From positions 870,001 to 902,000 of the forward strand of contig NZ_CP066019.1 of NCBI RefSeq assembly GCF_016127575.1: DNA of 32,000 nt. The letters run 5' to 3'. Shown here in pieces: positions 20,560-28,187 of this stretch. The notes beneath the pieces are model-generated. The model was not told the DNA's origin, did no database searches, and was given only the letters and a program-made list of their open reading frames with translations. Numbering within the stretch: position 1 is the first letter of the stretch; each line of letters starts with the position of its first letter. The position numbers and the translations under genes are program-made. The stretch comes from Cupriavidus necator. Its GTDB lineage: Bacteria; Pseudomonadota; Gammaproteobacteria; Burkholderiales; Burkholderiaceae.

Positions 20560-21567
20560 ATGAGCAGCCAGCACACTGGCGCCCGCAGGGCTTGTGCCAC
20601 GCGCACAGCAGCCCTGGCCGCGGCGCTGGCCCTGGCGGGCGCCGCCAGCGCGCACGCCGAGGCCCCGTACCCCAGCAAGCCCATCCGCATGGTGCTGCCC
20701 TCGGGCGCGGGCACCGTCACCGACCAGACGGCACGGCTGGTGGCCGAGCGCCTGACCGCCGCGCTCAGGCAGCCGGTGGTGGTCGACAACCGCCCCGGCG
20801 CCAACGGCATCATCGCCAACGAGACCGTGGCGCGCGCCGCGCCCGACGGCTACACGTTGCTGTTCACCTATGCCGCGACCATGACGGTGAACCCGTGGAC
20901 CACGCCGTCGCTGCCCTATGACCCGATCAAGGACTTCACCCCCATCGCACGCCCCAGCCAGCCCGGCGGCAACCTGCTCGCGGTCAGCGCCAATGTGCCG
21001 GTGCACAGCCTGCAGGAGCTGATTGCCTACGCCAGGTCCAGCAAGACGGAACTGGCGTACTGCTCTTGGGGCGTGGGCTCGGGCGGCCACCTGGCCATGG
21101 AATACCTGAAGGCCAAGACCGGCATCCACCTGCGCCATATCCCCTACAAGACCGCCACCCAGTGCAGCAACGACCTGGCCGCGGGCCACGTCACCGTCGG
21201 CATCACCGACGCCATCTCGTCGGTCCCGCACCTGAAGTCCGGCCGCATACGGGGCATTGCGATCTCCGGACCGGAGCGCCTGCTGACGGCTCCGGACGTG
21301 CCGACCATGTCGCAGCAGGGCGTGCCCTTCCAGCAAGCCAGCTGGGTCGCGATCTTCGGCCCCAGGGGCCTGCCCGCGCCGATCGTCAACCGGCTCAACG
21401 CCGAGGTGAATCGCATCCTGCAGACACCGGGCGACCGCGAGAAATTCACTGCCATGAACCTGCAGCCGGCCGCGCCGTCGAGCCCGGCCGACCTGGGCAA
21501 GCTGGTCAGCGCCGACCTGGCCGCGTGGGGCGAGGTGGTGAAGGTGGCGGGGCTGCAGGCGAAGTAA
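20560..21567 (+). CDS. Bug-family (TctC-like) substrate-binding protein
   Basis: The start was trimmed to the ATG at 20560. It has a signal peptide ending ASAHA, then PIRMVLPSGAGTVTDQTAR, VVDNRPGANGIIA, PDGYTLLF and HIPYK. Confidence 0.9.
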   Translation: MSSQHTGARRACATRTAALAAALALAGAASAHAEAPYPSKPIRMVLPSGAGTVTDQTARLVAERLTAALRQPVVVDNRPGANGIIANETVARAAPDGYTLLFTYAATMTVNPWTTPSLPYDPIKDFTPIARPSQPGGNLLAVSANVPVHSLQELIAYARSSKTELAYCSWGVGSGGHLAMEYLKAKTGIHLRHIPYKTATQCSNDLAAGHVTVGITDAISSVPHLKSGRIRGIAISGPERLLTAPDVPTMSQQGVPFQQASWVAIFGPRGLPAPIVNRLNAEVNRILQTPGDREKFTAMNLQPAAPSSPADLGKLVSADLAAWGEVVKVAGLQAK

Positions 21568-21601
21568 GGCTGGACCACAACAACAACGGGAGACAGGCAG
21601 C

Positions 21602-22645
21602 GTGAAGGTAAGACAGTGGATGGTGATGGGTGCGGCGCTGGCCGCGGGCAATGCCGTGGCGGGCACGATGCAGTTGTTCGGGGTGGTCGATGCATCGATC
21701 GAATACGCCAGGGGCTCGGAAAGCGTGGTGCGCATGCGCGAAGGCCAGCAGGCCGCGTCGCGCTGGGGCATCCGCGGCATCGAGGACCTGGGCGGCGGGC
21801 TCAAGGCCAACTTCCTGGTCGAGTCGGGCTTCAATATCGACAACGGCACCGAGTTCTTCGGCAACAACCGGCTGTTCGGGCGGCAGGCCTATCTGGGCCT
21901 GTCGGGCAACTGGGGCGAGTTCCGGCTGGGGCGGCAGTACACGCCGTCGTTCTATGCGCTGCTGCGGCTGGATCCGTTCCTGCTCAATGGCGCGGTGTCG
22001 CCGTTCAACCTGCTGAGCGCGACCGCATCACAGGGCACCGGGCACGTGGCCTACGGCGCCCGCTTCGACAACGCGGTGCAGTATTTCTCGCCCAAGTGGG
22101 GCGGCTTTTCCTTCGGCGCAGCGGTGGCGCCGGGCGAGGTGCCGGGGTCGGCGCGCTCAGGGCTGAACTTCGGCATGAATGCGACCTACGAGGCCGGCAA
22201 CGTCTACGCGTTCTACTCCTACCAGGGGATGTATTCGGGCGCCAACGTGCCGGTGGAACCGACGCTGACTTCCAACCATTTCGTCGGCGGCTCCTATCGC
22301 TTCAAGCCGGTGGAAATCGGCCTGCTGTACAGCGCCGCCAGCAGCGACCGGCCCGAGACCCGCTCGGCACGCCACTACGGCGTGACCTTCAGCTGGAACG
22401 TGACGCAGCGCGACACCTTCAAGGCCGCCGCACTCAAGCGCCAGATCCTGGGCGGCGGCCAGCGGCCGCTGGCGGTGACGCTGGGGTGGGACCATGACCT
22501 GAGCAAGCGCACCACCGCCTATGTGCGGGCGGTGCTGGTGCATAACAGCCCTGGCGGCAGCGTGAGCAACAACAGCATCGTGATCGATCCGGGTAGCGGG
22601 GATGATGCGAAGTCGGTGAGCGTGGGGTTGCGGCATCGGTTCTGA
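21602..22645 (+). CDS. Outer-membrane general porin (Burkholderiales OmpC/Omp38-like)
   Basis: GTG start. It has a signal peptide ending NAVAG, then the typical N-terminus TMQLFGVVDASIEY...SRWGIRGIEDLGGGLKANFLVESGFNIDNG...GRQAYLGLSG.WGEFRLGRQYTP and a C-terminal aromatic residue (..GLRHRF). Confidence 0.85.
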   Translation: MKVRQWMVMGAALAAGNAVAGTMQLFGVVDASIEYARGSESVVRMREGQQAASRWGIRGIEDLGGGLKANFLVESGFNIDNGTEFFGNNRLFGRQAYLGLSGNWGEFRLGRQYTPSFYALLRLDPFLLNGAVSPFNLLSATASQGTGHVAYGARFDNAVQYFSPKWGGFSFGAAVAPGEVPGSARSGLNFGMNATYEAGNVYAFYSYQGMYSGANVPVEPTLTSNHFVGGSYRFKPVEIGLLYSAASSDRPETRSARHYGVTFSWNVTQRDTFKAAALKRQILGGGQRPLAVTLGWDHDLSKRTTAYVRAVLVHNSPGGSVSNNSIVIDPGSGDDAKSVSVGLRHRF

Positions 22646-23053
22646 AACGGACTGCTGCCCGTTCATGCGGCGCTGAGGCCAAGCGGCTGAGGCTACGGAG
22701 ACCCGGGGCGGGCTGCCACCTGTCCCGTGGCGCTCCCCGCAAACTGGGGGAGGGCGCCAATCTCTAGAACGCATCCCGGGCTGTCGCTCGTGTCGGGTCA
22801 TTTTCCTTTGTGCTTACTCTTCGCGCTTCACAAGGCGAACGAAATCGCACGGAACGACCCTATAGATCATGGCGATACGAGATTGATATAGGACATCCCT
22901 TAATTTCTATTGGAATTCTCATTCAATCGAAAACAATGGCGATATCTGAATAATCCACCTTCCTTCCTCAACGCATAACGGCTACCGTACGCGACGAACG
23001 CATCTTCTTGACGGTCATGCAAATGACGCGAGAAGCAAAGCACCGGAACACTG

Positions 23054-25126
23054 GTGCTTCTGCGGCAAGAGAAAGTTCAACGCTACGGAGTGCTGCACTT
23101 GGATAACCGACCGCCGTTCCTTTCCTCCCGCACCGTCACCGTGTCTGGTCCGGCGTTGCCGGAACTCTTCGGACAGTCCCCCTTTACCTTCGTACGCCTG
23201 GATGGCAAGGAAGGCGTCTGCGGCCTGTTCGAATACGACATCGAACTGAAGACGCCGGACAAGGCCTACAACTTCCACGGCCCGGAAGGCAACTTCGACT
23301 TGCGCGAGATGAACGGGCGCGAGCTGACCGTTCGCATCGAACTGGATGGCATGGGCACCGGGATGGCAGGCGGCGTGGGTGCCGGCACGCGTGAGATCAG
23401 CGGCATAGTGGACCGCGCCCGCTACCTGCGCGCCGAAGGGCGGCACTTTGTCTACGGACTGACCCTGCGTCCCTGGCTGTGGATCGCCTCCCAGAACCGG
23501 AACAGCCGCGTCTTCGAGAACCGCACCGACATCGAGATCATCGAAGAGGTCCTGTCTGCATACTCCTTTCCGGTTGAGCGCAGGCTCGACGTGGCGAAAT
23601 ACCCCAGGCGGGTCTACCGCACCCAGTGCGACGAGAGCGACTACACCTTCATCGCCCGCCTCATGCAGCACTGGGGCATATCGTGGTTCTTCGAACATTC
23701 TGACGGCAAGCACCGCCTGGTTCTGGTCGATCACGTCGGTGGCTATTTCAGCATGCCGAGCGAGGCGTACCAGGTGCTGGAAATCCATCCGCCTGGCGTC
23801 AGGGTCGACCAGGAACACCTCGATGCGTTCTCGGTTGTCGATGCCGTGGTCGCAGGCAAGTACACGACCAATGCCTACAGCTTCACCCAGCCGCGCGGCA
23901 ACCTGAGCGCCAGCAGTTCGGACCCGCGGGACACGGGCCTGAACACTGGCGCGCTGCACCAGGAGGTGTACGACTTCCCCAGCGAGCATGCCCAGCCGGC
24001 CACGGACAACCGCCCGTGGGACGAAGGCGACATGATCGCCCGCATCCGCATGGAGGAAATCCGTTCGCGTGGCCTGCGCTGCTTTGGCACCGGCAACCTG
24101 CGCGCGGTGGTGCCAGGCTGCACCATGAATGTGAAGGGACACCCCCAGCAGGCGGCCAACCGCGAGTACGTGGTGCTTGGCGCCAACCTCAGGCTGGAAG
24201 ACGTGGCCGAGGCCTCCGGCGAGGGCCAGCGCTGGCATTGCCGCGTCGAGTTCGAGTGCCACCCCACCCATGAGGTCTTCCGTCCGGCGCTGAGCATCCC
24301 GTGGCCGGTGGTCGCTGGGCCGCAAAGCGCGACCGTGGTCGGGCCGGAAGACAGCCATGTCGTGTGGCCGGATCAGTATGGGCGCGTCCGCGTCCAGTTT
24401 CCGTGGGACCGCTTCAACAAGATGTCCTGCTGGGTGCGCGTGGCCACGCCGTGGGCGGGCTCACAGTACGGCCAGATCAGCATCCCGCGTATCGGCAGCG
24501 AAGTTCTGGTGATGTTCCTGGACGGCGGCGATCCGGACAAGCCCATTGTGATGGGGGCGGTGCCGAACAGCCTCAACATGCCGCCATGGCAGCTGCCGGA
24601 CCAGCTCGCTCTCACCGGCATTCGCAGCCGCGAGCACGATGGTGGTCGTAGTAACCACCTGGTGCTGGACGACACCAAGGGAAAAATCCAGGCGCAGCTC
24701 GCATCGGACCACCTGCAGTCGCAGATCAGCATGGGGTACATCACCGGCATTCCTGACGTGCAGGGACGCCGCGACAAGCGTGGTGAGGGGCTGGAGGCGC
24801 GCACCGATGGACATGCCGCGCTACGCGCGGCGTTGGGCATGCTGCTAACCACCTACCCCCGATCCCGCGCACGCGACGCGTGTCTGGTACGCCTATTCGC
24901 ATGTGGCCTGGACCAAGGCCCAACTGAACGACAACAAGCACAAAGTCGATGTGCGCAGGGCTCATATGCAATGCCTCGACGTGGCCGCCTGGATGGGCAA
25001 CCAGAACCAGCCACACGCCGGCCGCGCGACGGAAATCAACAAGCGCGTGGCATCGTTCGCCATGACGCCCGAAGCGCAGCAACAAGCATTCCGGCATCTG
25101 AGCGCCACACCACCCGGAACCATTAA
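23054..25126 (+). CDS. vgrG: T6SS VgrG spike protein; VgrG-like only to about codon 602 (nt about 24859), then an out-of-frame tail (probable truncation or pseudogene)
   Basis: gp27-like and gp5-like hallmarks are present: FEYDIELKT, RFFVYGLTLRPWLW-type block (RHFVYGLTLRPWLWIA), QCDESDYTFIARLMQHWGISWFFEH, GPQSATVVGPE...VWPDQYGRVRVQFPWDR, SCWVRVATPWAG.QYG.ISIPRIGSEVLVMFLDGGDPDKPIVMGAV, NHLVLDDTKGKIQAQL, and GLEARTDGHAALRAALGMLLTT. After ..TTYP the frame gives 88 Arg-rich residues that overlap the next ORF. The start codon is uncertain: a GTG at 23054, or a TTG at 23099 preceded by GGAG. Confidence 0.85.
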   Translation: MLLRQEKVQRYGVLHLDNRPPFLSSRTVTVSGPALPELFGQSPFTFVRLDGKEGVCGLFEYDIELKTPDKAYNFHGPEGNFDLREMNGRELTVRIELDGMGTGMAGGVGAGTREISGIVDRARYLRAEGRHFVYGLTLRPWLWIASQNRNSRVFENRTDIEIIEEVLSAYSFPVERRLDVAKYPRRVYRTQCDESDYTFIARLMQHWGISWFFEHSDGKHRLVLVDHVGGYFSMPSEAYQVLEIHPPGVRVDQEHLDAFSVVDAVVAGKYTTNAYSFTQPRGNLSASSSDPRDTGLNTGALHQEVYDFPSEHAQPATDNRPWDEGDMIARIRMEEIRSRGLRCFGTGNLRAVVPGCTMNVKGHPQQAANREYVVLGANLRLEDVAEASGEGQRWHCRVEFECHPTHEVFRPALSIPWPVVAGPQSATVVGPEDSHVVWPDQYGRVRVQFPWDRFNKMSCWVRVATPWAGSQYGQISIPRIGSEVLVMFLDGGDPDKPIVMGAVPNSLNMPPWQLPDQLALTGIRSREHDGGRSNHLVLDDTKGKIQAQLASDHLQSQISMGYITGIPDVQGRRDKRGEGLEARTDGHAALRAALGMLLTTYPRSRARDACLVRLFACGLDQGPTERQQAQSRCAQGSYAMPRRGRLDGQPEPATRRPRDGNQQARGIVRHDARSAATSIPASERHTTRNH

Positions 25127-27062
25127 CCTGGGCGAGATTGCTCCGATTGGCCCCATAAGCGGTTCGATGCTTGCGGATCGGATGGAGATCGTGTCCCCCG
25201 GCAAGGCGATGATGCTGGCGTTCAATGATCCGCTCGCAATCACTGAAGACCTGGGCATCCTGACCAATCCCAAGCTGCACGCTAAGGCAAACAACGGCGT
25301 CATCTGGGACAAGGCAACAGATCTGTTCCTGGATACGCTCGAAAAGAACATCCGGGCCAACGCCGAGGCGCAGCACACGAAAGAGGCGGAGGCCGCGGCG
25401 GCCGAGGCTGAGCGCATGAAGACCACGCCGGATGGATTTCCGGCTTACGAACTCATGTCGGTTCTGTTTAATGGAAAAGCGACGGCCGAGCGATGGAAGC
25501 GCGAAGATGCGGAGCGTGAAGCCACGCGACTTGCCCGCAAGAAAGCCGCCAGTGACGCCGCCTGGAAACCCTACGAAGACGAACTCACGCCAGGCAAGCG
25601 CCACCAGGACCTGAGTCCCAGACTGAAGGCCCTCAACGAGGACGTGCTGGCACCCATTGCGACCTCGCTCGCACAGTGGCTCATGAGTCCTCAGCTTGCT
25701 TCCTACATGCAATACCGGCATGACAAGATGGACCTGCCGCACGGCTATGTCTACAACGAATCCCTGACGCGCTGCCTGGAGAACGCGCTCGACACCGTGG
25801 AATGCCGTCGGGTCATCCAGCGTTGGTTCAACGAGGCGAATCCGGAGAACCACAGCAATCTGCTTGCGCGCGCCCTGTTGCTGGACCACAAGCCCATCAT
25901 CGACACGGTGCCGGACCCGACCGACCAGGGCTATGCTGCCATCTTCGGCATCCTGAAGAGCGGTCTCGACAAGATGGACTCCATGGCAAAGGGCCTCACT
26001 CTTCCCGAAGCCCTAGCGAAGATGGGCCTGGTACCGCGCCTGACCTGGATACTGGCCGACCAGATCATCCCGACCCTTGCAAACAGCTTCAGTTCGGCAT
26101 CGGCCAGGCTCGCCTTGTACGGGATGAGCCTGCTAGGCGGCGTGCGCCTGATCGCCCCGACGGCCAGCGTCATGCAAATCCGCGCGGTCGTGCTGAACGA
26201 TCTCTCCACAGTGAATCCGGAGTTGTACAAGCAACTGGACCGCACCCGACGGCGCGAGGACGCCGTGGCACTCGGACGCGCGGCCAAGCGCATGGCTCAA
26301 ACCGCCAGATTGGTGTGGTTCAAGACAGAGGACCTGGAGCGCATTCCGGAACTGAGCGCCCTCAAGCTGCGTACCGCCAATGACGTGCCTGGGGTGCGGC
26401 AAGTCAAGGCGGTCCTGGGTTCACGCTTCGTGAATGTCGGGGCGGTCGCCTGCATCCTGCAGGGACTGGCACTCTATCACGCCACGCAATCGTTCCGCGC
26501 AGCGGGCGAGTTCGACGAACCCGAAAGAGGAATCAAGCTGGTCGGCGGCCTGGTGTCCATGGCCGGGACCCTTGCCGAGCAGACTGGCGTCGTGCTGGAG
26601 AAGGCGCCGACGCACGTAATTGTCCGGCGCATCATGCGCTCGCCGCCGAAGGCGGAATGGCTGGAAATGGGCAAGAAGCTGGCTGTCAGAGGGCGTTGGA
26701 TTGGTTTTGCCGGGGCTGCAGTTGGGGTGGGATGGGATGCGTACCATGCCTACGATGAAGGCATGAGGGGAAACCGGACAGTCTCAATACTATATTTTGG
26801 CTCTGCGATGTCCGGAGGCGCAGCAGCCGTCCTCCCGCTGGCGACTGAAGAATTCCTGGCCTTCCTCGTTGGGGTGCCTAGCTGGCCGTTCCTAGTCGTG
26901 TTGCTCGCGGTGAACATCGGCATCCTGATACTAGACGACCCGGCGACGCTCAAGTGGGCCAAGCGTTGCCGTTTCAGCAAGGGACCCGCCAGCGAACGCT
27001 ACACCAGCCTGGAGACCGAGTCGTTCGAGTTCGTGCAACTGGGCCTCAAGGACGTCAAATAG
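24903..27062 (+). CDS. VasX / BTH_I2691-family-like T6SS membrane-targeting toxin, apparently lacking its N-terminal region
   Basis: The frame is open from 24849 (after a TAA at 24846-24848) and has no ATG or SD. The track start is a GTG. The motifs YAYSHVAWTKAQL and GKAMMLAFNDPLAITEDLG match blocks I recall from the middle of the VasX_N/BTH_I2691 effector family. A charged coiled-coil-like segment is present (EAEAAAAEAERMK...REDAEREATRLARKKAA). The C-terminal 330 aa or so hold several long hydrophobic helices (FVNVGAVACILQGLALY, IKLVGGLVSMAGTLA, WIGFAGAAVGVGW, ILYFGSAMSGGAAAVLPLA, FLVGVPSWPFLVVLLAVNIGILIL), as in colicin-like pore formers. Confidence 0.6.
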   Translation: MAWTKAQLNDNKHKVDVRRAHMQCLDVAAWMGNQNQPHAGRATEINKRVASFAMTPEAQQQAFRHLSATPPGTINLGEIAPIGPISGSMLADRMEIVSPGKAMMLAFNDPLAITEDLGILTNPKLHAKANNGVIWDKATDLFLDTLEKNIRANAEAQHTKEAEAAAAEAERMKTTPDGFPAYELMSVLFNGKATAERWKREDAEREATRLARKKAASDAAWKPYEDELTPGKRHQDLSPRLKALNEDVLAPIATSLAQWLMSPQLASYMQYRHDKMDLPHGYVYNESLTRCLENALDTVECRRVIQRWFNEANPENHSNLLARALLLDHKPIIDTVPDPTDQGYAAIFGILKSGLDKMDSMAKGLTLPEALAKMGLVPRLTWILADQIIPTLANSFSSASARLALYGMSLLGGVRLIAPTASVMQIRAVVLNDLSTVNPELYKQLDRTRRREDAVALGRAAKRMAQTARLVWFKTEDLERIPELSALKLRTANDVPGVRQVKAVLGSRFVNVGAVACILQGLALYHATQSFRAAGEFDEPERGIKLVGGLVSMAGTLAEQTGVVLEKAPTHVIVRRIMRSPPKAEWLEMGKKLAVRGRWIGFAGAAVGVGWDAYHAYDEGMRGNRTVSILYFGSAMSGGAAAVLPLATEEFLAFLVGVPSWPFLVVLLAVNIGILILDDPATLKWAKRCRFSKGPASERYTSLETESFEFVQLGLKDVK

Positions 27063-27071
27063 GACTCTTCG

Positions 27072-28187
27072 ATGAAATTCCCGACCAAGGATGAACGCAC
27101 GCCTTTCTACTTCCGCCAACAGGGCAAACCGCTGGGCAAGTGGGAGCAAGAACACCGGCTCCATGTCGGCCAGCCTGCCAGCGAGCATGTGCTGGAGAGC
27201 GGCAATGTCTACCGCATTGATTCGACCTGCCTGGAGATCACCGATGAGTCGCAGGCTCGGATGCAGAACGTTGGTCTGCTTTGGATTATCTGTTCAGCAT
27301 TTGCGTCGTTTTCTCTCTTTTACGGATTATTGCTTGCAACTAGCCCATTCAGAGACTCTGAGGAAATGATGGCGAAGAACGGGTATTGGTTCGGTACGAT
27401 CGTCGGCATATTACTTGGCTTTAGTTCTGCAGGCTTCTTCGGTCTGCTTGCCTTCGATCCGATGCGTCGCAACATGTTCACGCTGAAGCGCCGCCCCATC
27501 CGCCTGAACCGGAAGACCCGTCGTATCTATGCCATTCGCACCAAGGACCCGGGCGGCATCTGGGAAGTGCCATGGAACCATGACGAATTCTTCTGTGTGG
27601 GCCATCGGCGCATGGGCGGATTTTCACGCGCCTATGACATGTACGACATCCGCCATTACCAGCTCGACGCGAGTGGCAACGTCGTCCGCGCATTCGTGCT
27701 CGGCCAGTTCGTCTTCACCCTGGAAGAAGCCTACGCGCAGTGGGAATACTACCGCCGCTACATGCAGGACGGGCCGGCTGGGCTGCCCGAGCCATATCGC
27801 TTCTGGGCGCCGCGGGAAACGTTCTGGGAAGGCTACAAGATCTGCAGAGGGGGTAAATTCTCCGGAGCGTTCTTCACCTTGACCGACGTCATCTTTGCAC
27901 CGTTCGCACTGCTGGATGCGATCGCCCGCTGGCTCGTGCTCGTCACGTGCAGTGATCCCGTGTGGCCGCCGGAGATCGAGGCGGCGTGCAAGCCCATGCC
28001 CAATGACCCGTACGCGCGCCCGTACGCCGACGACTACATCGGCGTGCCGAGCGGCCCGGATGCCAGGCCCTCCCGCGAGGATCTGGCGCGAATGCTCGAC
28101 CAGCAGCAGGAGCGACGCAAGCGTGGCGCGCTGACCCGCGCGGAAGCGGAAGCCCTGCTTCGAAGCACTACGGAACAGACCACATGA
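27072..28187 (+). CDS. Predicted inner-membrane protein; candidate cognate immunity protein
   Basis: 371 aa. It starts 9 nt after the toxin stop, with AGGA upstream. It has a hydrophobic hairpin (about aa 67-91 VGLLWIICSAFASFSLFYGLLLATS and about aa 105-128 YWFGTIVGILLGFSSAGFFGLLAF) and a third hydrophobic stretch (FFTLTDVIFAPFALLDAIARWLVLV). Codon usage is lower in GC. The position is the one typical of immunity genes. Confidence 0.5.
   Translation: MKFPTKDERTPFYFRQQGKPLGKWEQEHRLHVGQPASEHVLESGNVYRIDSTCLEITDESQARMQNVGLLWIICSAFASFSLFYGLLLATSPFRDSEEMMAKNGYWFGTIVGILLGFSSAGFFGLLAFDPMRRNMFTLKRRPIRLNRKTRRIYAIRTKDPGGIWEVPWNHDEFFCVGHRRMGGFSRAYDMYDIRHYQLDASGNVVRAFVLGQFVFTLEEAYAQWEYYRRYMQDGPAGLPEPYRFWAPRETFWEGYKICRGGKFSGAFFTLTDVIFAPFALLDAIARWLVLVTCSDPVWPPEIEAACKPMPNDPYARPYADDYIGVPSGPDARPSREDLARMLDQQQERRKRGALTRAEAEALLRSTTEQTT

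Noticed and set aside
15030-21867. A series of long opposite-strand or alternative-frame ORFs: 15030-16121 (+), 15932-17635 (-), 17265-19337 (-), 19186-20448 (-), 20461-21867 (-), 16941-17948 (+) and 17420-18241 (+).
   Set aside because: All overlap genes with clear family signatures (LysR, CoA-transferase, crotonase, ACADs, Bug). Their translations are Arg/Pro/Ala/Gly-rich with no motifs, so they are high-GC artefacts.
22646-22760. Two weak hairpins after the porin stop (AACGG..CCGTT at about 22647-22664, and GGCGCTCCCC..GGGGAGGGCGCC at about 22730-22758) as terminators.
   Set aside because: The stems are short or bulged and no U-tract follows. They are not strong enough to annotate, so read-through from the porin gene into the island cannot be excluded.
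24863-25126. The 88-residue tail of the VgrG ORF as a genuine C-terminal extension or effector domain.
   Set aside because: The tail is extremely Arg-rich and fully overlaps the better-supported toxin frame. It looks like out-of-frame read-through rather than a real domain.
23015-25889. Minus-strand ORFs 23015-24358 (447 aa) and 24741-25889 (382 aa) opposite vgrG and the toxin gene.
   Set aside because: The + strand frames contain unmistakable VgrG blocks and toxin-family motifs. The antisense translations are low-information, so there is no support for independent genes.
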